Shown one piece after another: positions 53,074 to 63,116 of a stretch of 64,000 bases of DNA. Made by a program: the position numbers and the translations under genes. The stretch is from Fimbriiglobus sp. (GTDB lineage Bacteria; Planctomycetota; Planctomycetia; Gemmatales; Gemmataceae): positions 1,028 to 65,027 of the forward strand of contig JAYVUZ010000240.1 in NCBI GenBank assembly GCA_043787415.1. The letters run 5' to 3'. Within the stretch, counting starts at the first letter, position 1. Each line of letters opens with the position of its first letter. A model generated the notes under the pieces. The model saw nothing but the letters and a program-made list of their open reading frames with translations, was not told the DNA's origin and made no database searches.

Positions 53074-56000
53074 TCACTCGAACCGAACCAGCAAATCCCC
53101 GCCCTCCACTTGGGTGCCGGCTTTGGTCAGCACCTCGGCCACGTTGCCGTCCCGCTCGGCGTAAATCGTCGTCTCCATCTTCATCGCTTCCAGGGTCAGG
53201 AGCTTTTGCCCCGCGGCCACCACCTCGCCCGGCTTCACCGCGACGGCCACCACAGCCCCCGGCATCGGGGCGGCCACCTGCTTGAGGTTGCCGGCCTCCG
53301 CCTTCACCCGTTTCGGGGCGGTGCCGCCGCCGAGCGAGCGGTCGTCCACCAGCACTTCTCGCGGCTGGCCGTTCAGCTCGAAGAACACCTGCCGCCGGCC
53401 GTCCGGTTGCGGGTCGCCGACGGCCAGCAACTTGACGATCAGCGTCTTGCCCGGCTCGATCTCCAGGCTGACCTCGTCGCCCTTCTGCATCCCGTGGAAG
53501 AACACCGGCGTCGGCAGCACGCTCACGTCGGCGAACTTCCGCCGGTGGTCGGCGAAGTCGGTGAACACCTTGCCGTACAGCAGGTACGACAGCACGTTCC
53601 GGTCGGTCGGCTCCCGCTTGTACTTGTCCCGTAGTGTGCCCTTCGCCGCGGCCAAATCAGCGGGCGGCAGGCTGGCCCCGGCCCGCTCGCGGAGTGGTGT
53701 GCGGCCGCGGAGCACCTTCTTCTGCAAGTCCGCGGGGAAGCCGCCGGGTGGCACCCCAAGCTTGCCTTCGAAGAACTCGACCACGCTCTCGGGGAACGAC
53801 ACGTCCTTGTTCGGGTCGGCCACGTCGGCGGCCGTCAGCCCGTTGGCCAGCATGGACAGGGCCAGGTCGCCGACCACCTTCGAGGTGGGCGTCACTTTCA
53901 CGATGTCGCCAAAGAGCTGGTTCACCTGGGCGTAGGTGCGGCACACGTCCGGCCAGCGGTCGCCGAGGCCGAGCGACTTGGCCTGCTGTTGCAGGTTGGT
54001 CGCCTGGCCGCCCGGCATCTCGTGCTGGTACACGTCGGCGGTCGGCAACTGGTCGCTCTCGAACGCCTTGTACTGCCGGCGGACGCCCTCCCAGTAGCGG
54101 GCCGTCTCTTGCAGTGCGTCGAAGCCCAGCCCGGTGTCGCGGTCGGTGAACCGCAACGACTCGGCGAGTGCGTTCAGGCTCGGCTGGGCGGTGTTGCCAC
54201 TCAGCGGCGCGAACGCCACATCGACCACGTCCACTCCCTCCTCGGCCGCCAACAGATAACTGGCGAGCTGGCCGCCGGCGGCATCGTGGGTGTGGAAGTG
54301 GATCGGCAGCCCGACCGCCTGCTTGAGCGCTTTCACCAGCCGCTTCGCCGCGTAGGGCTTGAGCAGTCCGGCCATGTCCTTAATGGCCAGCAAGTGGGCA
54401 CCGGCCTTCTCCAGCTCCTTGGCGAAGTCCACAAAGTACGTCAGGGTGTATTTGTCCCGCTTGGGATCGAGGATGTCGCCGGTGTAACAGACGCACGCCT
54501 CGGCCAGCGAGTGCGTCTCGGACCGGACGGCGTCGATAGCCGGGAGGAGGTTGGGCAGGTAGTTGCAGGCGTCGAAGATGCGGAACAGGTCCATGCCGGC
54601 CGACGCCGCCTCACGCACGAACGCCGACACCAAGTTGTCCGGATAGTTCGTGTACCCGACCGCACTCGACCCCCGCAGTAGCATCTGAAAGATAATGTTT
54701 GGAATGCGCTCGCGGAGCCGGGTCAGCCGCTCCCACGGGTCTTCCTTGAGGAACCGCATACTCGTGTCGAACGTCGCCCCGCCCCACATCTCCAGGCTGA
54801 ACAGGTCGGCGTGGTGGCGGGCGTAGCGGTCGGCCACGGCCAGCAGGTCGAACGTCCGCATCCGGGTGGCCAGCAGCGACTGGTGGGCGTCCCGCATGGT
54901 GGTGTCCGTGACCAGCAGCCGCTTCTGGTCGCGGACCCAGCCGGCAAACTTCACCGGGCCGAGTTGCTTGAGCAGGTCACGGCTACCTGGTGGCAACTCG
55001 CCCGGGGCGGCGGCAACCCGGCGGAAGTGTTCCCCCCCGCCCGGTGATGTGTCCGGCGGTTCGGTGCCCCGTTTCACCTCCGGGTGGCCGTTGACGATCA
55101 CGTCGGCGACGTAGCTCAGCAGTCGGGTCGCTCGGTCCTGCCGGGCCGGCAGTTTGAACAGGTCGGGCGTTTCGTCCAGGAACCGCGTCGTCACCGTGCC
55201 GTCCAGGAACTTCGGGTGGACGATCAGGTTGAGCAGGAACGGCAGGTTGGTTTTGACCCCCCGCACGCGGAACTCTTGCAGGCAGCGTTCCATCCGCCGG
55301 GCGGCGTCGGCGAAGCGGTTGCCGCTGGCCGTCACCTTCACCAGCAGGGAGTCGTAGAAGGGGGTGATGACCGCCCCGTTGAACGCCGTGCCGGCGTCCA
55401 GCCGGATGCCCGGCCCGCTGGCGCTGCGGTACGCCGACAGCCGGCCGTAGTCCGGGGTGAAGCCGTTGGCCGGGTCTTCGGTGGTCACCCGGCACTGGAT
55501 GGCGAACCCGTGGGTCTGGATTTTGGACTGGTCGCCCATGCCGATGTCCGGGTCGCCCAGCGGGGTGCCGCCGGCGATCAGGATTTGGCTCCGCACGATG
55601 TCGAACCCGGTTACCACCTCCGTGACCGTGTGTTCGACCTGGATGCGGGGGTTCACTTCGATGAAAAAGAATGTCCCGGTGTCGGCGTCCACCAGGAATT
55701 CGACGGTTGAAGCATTGTCGATGCCGACCGCTCGCCCGACTTTTAGGGCGGCTTCCAAAATCCCCTCGCGGGTGGCGGCCGGCAGGTTCGGGGCCGGGGC
55801 CAGCTCGACCACCTTTTGGTGCCGCCGCTGGATCGAGCAGTCCCGCTCGAACAGGTGGACGAGGCCGCCGTGCCGGTCGCCGAGCAGTTGCACCTCGATG
55901 TGCTTGGCCCGCTCGACGAACTTTTCCAGGAACACGTCCGGCACGCCGAACGCCTGGCCGGCCTCGCGGGCCGCACTCTCGACGGCTTCCGTCAGCTTGA

Positions 56001-56532
56001 TCGGGTCGCGGACCACCCGCATCCCCCGCCCGCCGCCGCCCATGCTGGCCTTGACGATCACCGGGTAGCCGAGCTTCTCGGCGACAGCCCCGGCGTCGGC
56101 CGCCGACACCGGCTTGTCACTGCCGGCGAGCGTCGGCACGTCGGCCAGTTGGGCGATGCGGCGGGCCGCCACCTTATCGCCGAGCTGTTCCAGCACCGCC
56201 GGTTTCGGCCCGACGAAGGTGATGCCGGCGACCGCGCACGCCGTCGCAAACGCCGCGCTCTCACTCAGGAAGCCGTAGCCGGGGTGGATGACATCCGCCC
56301 CGATGCCCGTCGCCAGGTCGATGAGGCCGGGGATGTCCAGGTAGGCCCGGATCGGCTCGCCCGGTTTGCCGACCTGATACGCCTCGTCGGCCTTGAAGCG
56401 GTGGAGGGCGAAGCGGTCCTCGTGCGAGTAGACCGCGACGGTCCGCAGCCCCAGCTCGTGGGCCGACCGGAACACCCGGATGGCGATCTCGCTGCGGTTG
56501 GCGACGAGCAGTTTCTTGAACGGGCCGGCCAT
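53074..56532 (-). CDS. pyc: Pyruvate carboxylase
   Basis: Biotin carboxylase N-terminus (KKLLVANRSEIAIRVFR), carboxyltransferase TIM domain, C-terminal biotinyl EAMKME. ATG at 56532. Confidence 0.95.
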   Translation of the reverse strand: MAGPFKKLLVANRSEIAIRVFRSAHELGLRTVAVYSHEDRFALHRFKADEAYQVGKPGEPIRAYLDIPGLIDLATGIGADVIHPGYGFLSESAAFATACAVAGITFVGPKPAVLEQLGDKVAARRIAQLADVPTLAGSDKPVSAADAGAVAEKLGYPVIVKASMGGGGRGMRVVRDPIKLTEAVESAAREAGQAFGVPDVFLEKFVERAKHIEVQLLGDRHGGLVHLFERDCSIQRRHQKVVELAPAPNLPAATREGILEAALKVGRAVGIDNASTVEFLVDADTGTFFFIEVNPRIQVEHTVTEVVTGFDIVRSQILIAGGTPLGDPDIGMGDQSKIQTHGFAIQCRVTTEDPANGFTPDYGRLSAYRSASGPGIRLDAGTAFNGAVITPFYDSLLVKVTASGNRFADAARRMERCLQEFRVRGVKTNLPFLLNLIVHPKFLDGTVTTRFLDETPDLFKLPARQDRATRLLSYVADVIVNGHPEVKRGTEPPDTSPGGGEHFRRVAAAPGELPPGSRDLLKQLGPVKFAGWVRDQKRLLVTDTTMRDAHQSLLATRMRTFDLLAVADRYARHHADLFSLEMWGGATFDTSMRFLKEDPWERLTRLRERIPNIIFQMLLRGSSAVGYTNYPDNLVSAFVREAASAGMDLFRIFDACNYLPNLLPAIDAVRSETHSLAEACVCYTGDILDPKRDKYTLTYFVDFAKELEKAGAHLLAIKDMAGLLKPYAAKRLVKALKQAVGLPIHFHTHDAAGGQLASYLLAAEEGVDVVDVAFAPLSGNTAQPSLNALAESLRFTDRDTGLGFDALQETARYWEGVRRQYKAFESDQLPTADVYQHEMPGGQATNLQQQAKSLGLGDRWPDVCRTYAQVNQLFGDIVKVTPTSKVVGDLALSMLANGLTAADVADPNKDVSFPESVVEFFEGKLGVPPGGFPADLQKKVLRGRTPLRERAGASLPPADLAAAKGTLRDKYKREPTDRNVLSYLLYGKVFTDFADHRRKFADVSVLPTPVFFHGMQKGDEVSLEIEPGKTLIVKLLAVGDPQPDGRRQVFFELNGQPREVLVDDRSLGGGTAPKRVKAEAGNLKQVAAPMPGAVVAVAVKPGEVVAAGQKLLTLEAMKMETTIYAERDGNVAEVLTKAGTQVEGGDLLVRFE

Positions 56533-56574
56533 ACAGGTGCGTCCTCGACGGGGCACCCGGAGTGATAGGCTTCA

Positions 56575-56625
56575 GAGCCGCGACCGCAAGGGAGCGTCCG
56601 GGACGTTCTCGTACGGTCGCGGCTC
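56575..56625 (-). terminator. 12-bp-stem hairpin downstream of the DUF1573 gene
   Basis: gagccgcgaccg ... cggtcgcggctc, with an imperfect inner stem in the 27-nt loop. Confidence 0.45.
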
Positions 56626-56639
56626 GTACCGACCCGGCG

Positions 56640-57614
56640 TCACTTCACCACGGTCGCCGTCCACGGCACGGTCACCGTCGGCGTCTCCTTGCTGTCGGTC
56701 AGGATTTGGAGCGTCCCCGCGGCCGGCCCGGCGGCCGTCGGGGTGAGGGTGACTGTGAACAGGTGGGTCGGCCGCGACCCGGCCGCCGACGGCTTGACCA
56801 CCAGCCCGGACACGCCCCCCTTCACCTCCTTGACGGCGAACGGCCCGGCCAGTTGCACCTGCACCTGCTTCTCGACCGGCTTGCCCAGCGGCACCGAACC
56901 GAACGCCACCTCCGGCGGGATGAGGGTCACGCCGGGCACCACGTTCACCGACACCGGCACCCGCAGCCGTTCCACGCCTAGGCCGGTGGTAGTCAGGTAC
57001 ACGTCGGCCGTCCAGTTGCCGACCGGACACTTGGGGTCGAGCGTCACCGTCAGCTCGTGGGTGCCGTTGCCCGCCGCCTTGACCGTCGGCTTGAGGTACA
57101 CGCCGGTGCTGCGGGCCTCGGCGATCTTCCAGTTCGGGTCCGAGTAAAACGTCACCTTGGTCGCCGCCGCGGCCGGCTGCCCGGCCCGGACGATGCCCAG
57201 GTTCAGCGCGTCCGGCGTGAGGATCAGATCCGACCGTGTCACGGTCGTCACCTTCAACTGCACCTCTTCCGTCACCCCCGCCGTCACCACCGGCACGTAC
57301 ACGATGACCGTTTTCAGAATACCCGGGGTCGGAATGCGGTTCGTGTCCATGTTGGCCAGCACGGCCGTAGACTGGCCGGGGGCGAGCTGCGGGTTCAGCA
57401 CCGTGGCCGACACGCACCCGCACGACACCCGCGGCTGGCCCAACTGGACGGGCTGGGCCGACCTGTTGGTGACCGTGAAGTAGTGTTGGAGGACGGTGCC
57501 CTTGGGCGAGGTGCCGAAGTCCTTGGCCAGCTCGCTGAAATAATCGGTGGCCCCGGCCCGACCGGTGCCGGTCGCCGACAGCCCCACCAGAATGCCGAGC
57601 AGCGTGCGGAGCAT
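56640..57614 (-). CDS. DUF1573 domain-containing secreted protein (Ig-like repeats)
   Basis: Signal peptide, then HYFTVTNRSAQPVQLGQPRVSCGCVS (the DUF1573 SCGC motif), followed by further beta-sandwich-like repeats. Confidence 0.85.
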   Translation of the reverse strand: MLRTLLGILVGLSATGTGRAGATDYFSELAKDFGTSPKGTVLQHYFTVTNRSAQPVQLGQPRVSCGCVSATVLNPQLAPGQSTAVLANMDTNRIPTPGILKTVIVYVPVVTAGVTEEVQLKVTTVTRSDLILTPDALNLGIVRAGQPAAAATKVTFYSDPNWKIAEARSTGVYLKPTVKAAGNGTHELTVTLDPKCPVGNWTADVYLTTTGLGVERLRVPVSVNVVPGVTLIPPEVAFGSVPLGKPVEKQVQVQLAGPFAVKEVKGGVSGLVVKPSAAGSRPTHLFTVTLTPTAAGPAAGTLQILTDSKETPTVTVPWTATVVK

Positions 57615-57791
57615 GAGCTGTGATCCCCTGTCGAGTCTGGGCAGCGGGGGCCGATCCTAGGCCTGCCCGCCGTCACACTTCAGATTATCCGCAACCGTGC
57701 GGGTGAACTGTCAGCAAAAACCCCGCCGACCCCGTGGCCGACACCCGGGCACACCTTACGCGGCCGGCGGAACCCGCGGCACCGGCCGCGT

Positions 57792-58523
57792 CTAGCGGTG
57801 AGCGACGACCGCCACACGCACTTGCGCCGCCCCGCCGGCCACTAGCGCGCGGGCACAGGCGTCGGCGGTTGCCCCCGTCGTCAGTACGTCATCGACCAGC
57901 AAAACCCGCTCGCCCCGCACCACCGCCCCGGCCCGCAGGCGGAACGCGTCGCGGACATTTTCAGCTCGCCCGCTCGCCGACCGGGCCATCTGTCGGGGTG
58001 TCGCCCGCGCCCGTCGCAGTGGTTGTGCGAACTGTAGCGACAGCCCGGCCGCCACGCCCCGGGCGATGGCAGCCGACTGGTTGTAGCCCCGTTGGAACCG
58101 GCGGACCCAGTGCAGCGGCACCGGCACCACCAGCGTCGGCGACGGGCTGCCGAGCGTCACGCCCCGCACGGTCGCCCAACAGCGGCCGAGTTGTTCCGCC
58201 AGCGGCTCGCCGGCGGCGTGCTTCGTTGCCAACACCGCTTCACGTAGCCGGCCGTCGTACACGCCGAGCCGGGTCGCAGTCTCGAACCGGAACTTCTGCC
58301 TACGGCACCGCGGGCAGCCGTCGGCGGCGTCCATGTGCGGGCCGGTGGTGCTGGAACACCGCGGGCAGGTCGGCTCATCGTCCGACGTGGCCGCACTGGT
58401 ACATGCGGAACAGAGCCAGGTTTCGGACAGTGACGGCAGCAGGTTTTCGCCACAGAGGTGGCAATCACGGGGCCAGACCAACTCGGCAAGGCCCTCAACG
58501 TAGGGGCGGAAGTAGGGCCACAT
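57792..58523 (-). CDS. ComF family protein (phosphoribosyltransferase-like)
   Basis: N-terminal Cys4 pairs (CHLCG..CSAC, CPRC..CPRC). C-terminal PRTase motif VLLVDDVLTTGAT. ATG at 58523 leaves the upstream palindrome intergenic. Confidence 0.85.
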   Translation of the reverse strand: MWPYFRPYVEGLAELVWPRDCHLCGENLLPSLSETWLCSACTSAATSDDEPTCPRCSSTTGPHMDAADGCPRCRRQKFRFETATRLGVYDGRLREAVLATKHAAGEPLAEQLGRCWATVRGVTLGSPSPTLVVPVPLHWVRRFQRGYNQSAAIARGVAAGLSLQFAQPLRRARATPRQMARSASGRAENVRDAFRLRAGAVVRGERVLLVDDVLTTGATADACARALVAGGAAQVRVAVVAHR

Positions 58524-58540
58524 GAGAAGCCATTTTGGCC

Positions 58541-58593
58541 GTAGCCCGAAGCGCGAGCGAGGGAAATCCACCCTCGCTCGCGCTTCGGGCTAC
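58541..58593. repeat. 23-bp-arm perfect palindrome (family member B, homologous to 12467-12528)
   Basis: gtagcccgaagcgcgagcgaggg - aaatcca - ccctcgctcgcgcttcgggctac. It shares the core gcccgaagcgc(t/g)agcgagg and the right flank gaaccgt with element A. Confidence 0.75.
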
Positions 58594-58601
58594 GAACCGT
58601 C

Positions 58602-60185
58602 TCACGCCGACCGGCGGATGGCCGGCGCGGACAGCAAGGACAGGGTGAACCGGCTCGGCTCGGCCGGGGTGGGGTCGAACCGCAGGTCGCCGCCGTTCTG
58701 CCGGGCCAGCCGCCAGGCGATCGACAGACCTAGTCCCCTGCCCCGCCCCGCCGACTTGCCGGAGAAGAACGGGTCGAACAGGTGAGGCACCACCTCGGGA
58801 TTGGGGCCGCCGCCGGAGTCGGCCACCCGTATCAGCACGCGATCCCCACTTGACTCGGCCCAGATACGGACCCGCCCGCCGGCGGGCGCCGCATCCAGGG
58901 CGTTGCGGAGTAGCTGGGCCACCGTCCGCCGCACCTGCTCCGGGTCGCCGGCCACCGTCGTCGCCTCATCCGCTTCCACGGTCAACTCGACCCCACGGGC
59001 GGCAAACTCGGCGGCATGATCCGCGACGCAGACCGCCAGCAGCGGCGACACCCGGCCGACACCCGGCTTGGCAGCGGGCGGGCGGGCGAAGTGCAGCGTC
59101 CCGCGGAGCAAGTCGTGCACCCGCTCCGTCTGCCGCAGGATGGACGCGAGTTGCCGCCGGCGGTCGGGGTCGAACTCGTGCTTGAGCAACATCTGGGCGT
59201 GGCCGGCGATCACCCCGAGCGGGTTGTTGATCTCGTGGCTGGCACCGGCGGCGAACTCGGCCAGGCCGGCCAGCTTGGCGTCCCGAAGTTCCGCGTTCCA
59301 GTCGGCCCGGAGTCGTGCCAGCGACTCGGCCAGCCGGTCGGCCCGGGTGTCGGCGTCGGCCTGCCAGACGGCCGCACTGCCCCGCCGGCCGGCGGCCACC
59401 GCCCGCAACAGCCGCACCTCGGCCCAGACGGGAACGGCCGCAACATCGGACGGTTCTTCCCGCCAATTCCGGGCCACGGCCTGGTCGGCGACGTGCCGCG
59501 GGTGCCGGACCGTCGGATCGGTCAACCCGAGCCGCGCCCGATCCGCCTCGACGGCCGCAACCGCTCGTTGGACCAACGGGAAGAGCCGGTCGGGGGCACC
59601 CGACCGGATGGCGTCGTCCGGGTGCAACCGGATCAGCCCGACGGTGGCGGTCACCCACTCCGGCAGCCGCCAGCGGGCGGCCAGCCGACGGCCCACCGCG
59701 ACCGCGTCCAGGCCCCACCGCGCCTGTTGGCTGGCCGGGGTGGCGAGTTGGAATCGCACCTCCGCGCACGACAGCGGCTCGACGGCCGCGAGGGCCAGCC
59801 AGCCGAGCGGTACCAGCCCGGCCACGGCGGACGCGAGTAGCGGGTCAAGAGCGTCAGACCGGGCCAGTTCCCCGGCGACGGCCGACACGGCCTCAACGAA
59901 GCCGACAAGAACGGGCGGCGGCGGTACGGTCGCAGTCAATTGTTCGAGCAGATCGGCGATTGTGCCAAGCAGCGCCGGCTGGAGCAAGCCGGCGGAAGAA
60001 AACGGATGGGCCTGCGGTGTCGCCGTCGGCCGGCAGTACCGCAGTACATGGGCGACGGCGGCCGGGTCCGCGACCACCCCCGCCGGGTCCGGCAGATCGG
60101 CCGTCAGTGCCGCCACGGCCGCGGGGGTGGGCCGCAACCACGGCAACCCGACCGCCCGCTCGGCCACACTCGCCCCGCTCGGCAC
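58602..60185 (-). CDS. Soluble sensor histidine kinase
   Basis: H-box ASHEINNPLGVI, N-box LRNALDA, G-boxes VADSGGG / GRGLGLSIA. No obvious TM segments. GTG start. Confidence 0.88.
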   Translation of the reverse strand: MPSGASVAERAVGLPWLRPTPAAVAALTADLPDPAGVVADPAAVAHVLRYCRPTATPQAHPFSSAGLLQPALLGTIADLLEQLTATVPPPPVLVGFVEAVSAVAGELARSDALDPLLASAVAGLVPLGWLALAAVEPLSCAEVRFQLATPASQQARWGLDAVAVGRRLAARWRLPEWVTATVGLIRLHPDDAIRSGAPDRLFPLVQRAVAAVEADRARLGLTDPTVRHPRHVADQAVARNWREEPSDVAAVPVWAEVRLLRAVAAGRRGSAAVWQADADTRADRLAESLARLRADWNAELRDAKLAGLAEFAAGASHEINNPLGVIAGHAQMLLKHEFDPDRRRQLASILRQTERVHDLLRGTLHFARPPAAKPGVGRVSPLLAVCVADHAAEFAARGVELTVEADEATTVAGDPEQVRRTVAQLLRNALDAAPAGGRVRIWAESSGDRVLIRVADSGGGPNPEVVPHLFDPFFSGKSAGRGRGLGLSIAWRLARQNGGDLRFDPTPAEPSRFTLSLLSAPAIRRSA

Positions 60186-60206
60186 CGGGCACCTCTTCTC
60201 AGCGGA

Positions 60207-60788
60207 TCAGGCGACGGCCGCCGTCTCCATTTCGAGCTGCACACACATCCGCTCGATCAGCACGTCCACGTCGAACGGCTTGTGCAGGAAGTCGTCGGCG
60301 CCGGCCAAACGCAGCTCCTGAATCTTGTCATCCTCCACCATGCCCGAGATGCAGATGATCCGCACCTCTTCCAGGCCGACGTCCCCGCGGACCCTGTGGC
60401 AGACTTCCTTACCGTTAATATCCGGCAGCATCACATCCAGGACGATGAGGTCCGGCCGGTACTCTTTCACCATCATCCCTGCGTCGAACCCGTTGCCGGC
60501 AGTCTTGACTTCGAACCGGCCGTCTTCGTCCAACGCCTTGTGGATCATCTCGACGATGTCCACGTCGTCGTCGACCAACAGCACCTTCCGCTTGCCACTC
60601 TCCAGGGCGTCCGTCGGGATGCCGTTGTCCTTCATGAACTTGTACAGCATCTCCCGGGGGATGCGGCGGAACTTGCTGCCGGGAACCCGGAAGCCCTTGA
60701 GCTGACCGTTGTCGAAGCAGCGAATAATGGTCTGCTGGCTGACCTTGCAGATTTTCGCCGCTTCGCCGGTCGTGAACACCGTCTTCAT
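60207..60788 (-). CDS. Response regulator with an N-terminal excisionase/MerR-type HTH and a C-terminal receiver domain
   Basis: ATG at 60788. FTTGEAAKICKVSQQTIIRCFDNGQLKGFRVPGSKFRRI (HTH), then VLLVDDD ... DLIVLDVMLPDINGKE receiver. Confidence 0.88.
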   Translation of the reverse strand: MKTVFTTGEAAKICKVSQQTIIRCFDNGQLKGFRVPGSKFRRIPREMLYKFMKDNGIPTDALESGKRKVLLVDDDVDIVEMIHKALDEDGRFEVKTAGNGFDAGMMVKEYRPDLIVLDVMLPDINGKEVCHRVRGDVGLEEVRIICISGMVEDDKIQELRLAGADDFLHKPFDVDVLIERMCVQLEMETAAVA

Positions 60789-61198
60789 GTGCGTCCACCC
60801 TGCCGGCTGCGGCCGGCTCCTGTCGAGGAGGCCCCGCGGCGAAGTGCCGGGGGGCGGGATCCATCCGTGGCCCAACACGCTACCCAGCCGACCCTGACGT
60901 GGGTCGGGCGGGAGGCGACGACGGTCCGCGCCAACGGGGTCTGAGGGGGTTGATCTCGGTGCCGCCCGACTTGAGTCGAACCGCACGGGAAGAATAACTC
61001 ACCCGCCCCCGGTGTCAACGCAACCCACCGGTCCTCCCAGGTTTCACTCGTCGGCGCCGTCTAGCGTGCTTCGCAGACCCGCCACAGTTTACCGCCCCTG
61101 CCAACTGGCCCCAGCCCCCGCCGGTTCACCAGTCGGACCCACCGTCATGCCGCCCCGAGTGCCGGAGTTGCGTGTCCGACGGAACGCCCCATACCCAC

Positions 61199-63028
61199 CT
61201 ATCCCAGAGAAAACAACAGCACTGCCAGGTCGGCCGGGGTGATGCCACTCACTCGGCTTGCCTGACCCACGCTGGCGGGCCGAACGCGGGCCAACTTCTC
61301 CCGCGCCTCGGCCCGCAGGTGCGGCACGGCGGCGTAGTCGAAGGTGTTCGGAATCCGTCGCGTTTCGAGCCGCTTGAACCGGGCCACCTCGTTCGCCTGA
61401 CGGTCCACGTAGCCGCTGTATTTGGCCTCCATCAGCACCTGCTCGACCACCGGCGGCGGCGCGTCCCGCAACGGCGGGTGGCGGTCGCAGACGTCGGCCC
61501 AGGGGACTTCCGTCCGCCGCAGCCAGGTCAGCAGCGTGTCGCCGTCGGAGCGGGTGCCGGCGAGCGTGGCCTGAACCTCGGCGATGCCCTGTTCCTTCAC
61601 TTGCAACCGCTCCCAGGCCGCGTCGTCCACCGAGCCGATGCGGCGGCCGACGGGCGACAGCCGGCGGTCGGCGTTGTCGTGCCGGAGCAGCAGCCGGTAC
61701 TCGGCCCGGCTCGTGAACATGCGGTACGGCTCATCCACCCCCTTCGTCACCAGGTCGTCGAGCAGAACGCCGATGTACGCCTGCGAGCGGTCCAGCACCA
61801 GCGGCGGCTCGCCCTTCAACTTGAGGGCGGCGTTCAGCCCGGCCATCAGCCCTTGCGCTGCCGCCTCCTCGTACCCCGTCGTGCCGTTGATCTGGCCGGC
61901 GAAGTACAGTCCCTCGACCGGCTTCGTCTCCAGCGTCGGCCGCAGCTGGGTGGGCGGGGCGTAGTCGTACTCGACGGCGTACCCCCAGCGCATGACCTCC
62001 GCGTTCTCCAGCCCCGGGATGAGCCGCAACATGCCCTGCTGCACGTCCTTCGGCAGGCTGGTGGAGATGCCGTTGCAGTAGTACTCCCGCGTGTTCAGCC
62101 CTTCCGGCTCCAGGAAAATTTGGTGCCCCGGCTTGTCGGCGAACCGTACCACTTTGTCTTCGATGCTCGGGCAGTACCGCGGCCCCCGGCCCTCGATCTG
62201 GCCACAGTACATCGGGGCGCGATGCAGGTTCTGGCGGATCAGGTCGTGGACGGCTTCGGTCGTGGTAGTCAGGTGGCAGATGACCTGTGGCACCTCGATC
62301 CGCTCGTTCGAGAACGAGAACGGCCGGGGCAAGTCGTCCCCGCGGGCCTCTTGGAGTTTGGAGAAGTCGATGGTGCGGCCGTTGAGCCGGCACGGGGTGC
62401 CGGTCTTGAACCGGGCCAGCTCGAAACCACAATCGGCCAGCGCGTCACTCATCCGCTCGGCGGACACGTCCCCGGCCCGACCGCCGGCCGTTTTGGCCTC
62501 GCCGGTGTGCATCACGGCCTTGAGAAACGTGCCGGTCGTCAGGACGACGGCCCGGGCCAGGTAGCGCGTCTCGCCCCGGGCTACCACTCCCAGCACCCGC
62601 CGCGTGGCCGGGCTGCCGCTGTCGGCGAACGGCGCCAGTAGCAGCCCCTCGACCAACTCTTGCCGCAGGGTCAGGTTCGGCTGGTCCTCCACCCACCGCT
62701 TCATGGTGGCCTGGTACAGCTTCTTGTCGCACTGCGCCCGCGGCGAGTGCATGGCCGGCCCCTTCGACGCATTGAGCATCTTGAACAGGATGCCGCTGGC
62801 GTCGGTACACCGGCCCATGACGCCGCCGAGGGCGTCGATCTCGCGGACCATCTGCCCCTTCGCCACCCCGCCGATGGCCGGGTTGCAGGACATCTGGCCG
62901 ACGGCGTCGGCGTTCATGGTCAACAAGCAGGTGCGGAGGCCCAGCCGGGCGGCGGCCATAGCCGCCTCGGTGCCGGCATGCCCGGCCCCGACCACCACCA
63001 CGTCGAACGAGAAGGTCAGCTCGGGCAC
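61199..63028 (-). CDS. mnmG: tRNA uridine-5-carboxymethylaminomethyl(34) synthesis enzyme MnmG
   Basis: [19 protein letters not shown] motif, [33 protein letters not shown] start. Confidence 0.96.
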   Translation of the reverse strand: MPELTFSFDVVVVGAGHAGTEAAMAAARLGLRTCLLTMNADAVGQMSCNPAIGGVAKGQMVREIDALGGVMGRCTDASGILFKMLNASKGPAMHSPRAQCDKKLYQATMKRWVEDQPNLTLRQELVEGLLLAPFADSGSPATRRVLGVVARGETRYLARAVVLTTGTFLKAVMHTGEAKTAGGRAGDVSAERMSDALADCGFELARFKTGTPCRLNGRTIDFSKLQEARGDDLPRPFSFSNERIEVPQVICHLTTTTEAVHDLIRQNLHRAPMYCGQIEGRGPRYCPSIEDKVVRFADKPGHQIFLEPEGLNTREYYCNGISTSLPKDVQQGMLRLIPGLENAEVMRWGYAVEYDYAPPTQLRPTLETKPVEGLYFAGQINGTTGYEEAAAQGLMAGLNAALKLKGEPPLVLDRSQAYIGVLLDDLVTKGVDEPYRMFTSRAEYRLLLRHDNADRRLSPVGRRIGSVDDAAWERLQVKEQGIAEVQATLAGTRSDGDTLLTWLRRTEVPWADVCDRHPPLRDAPPPVVEQVLMEAKYSGYVDRQANEVARFKRLETRRIPNTFDYAAVPHLRAEAREKLARVRPASVGQASRVSGITPADLAVLLFSLG

Positions 63029-63116
63029 GCGCGCACCTGTCGGGAAGTCAGTTCCAGCAGTTTACCCGGTCGCCGGGGCGGGTAAAACGACCGCCACCCT
63101 CCCGAGGCTACTGCCG

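Noticed and set aside
57684-57714. Minus-strand promoter-like CTGACA-19 nt-GATAAT upstream of the DUF1573 gene.
   Set aside because: The 19-nt spacer and imperfect -35 make it unconvincing without transcription-start data.
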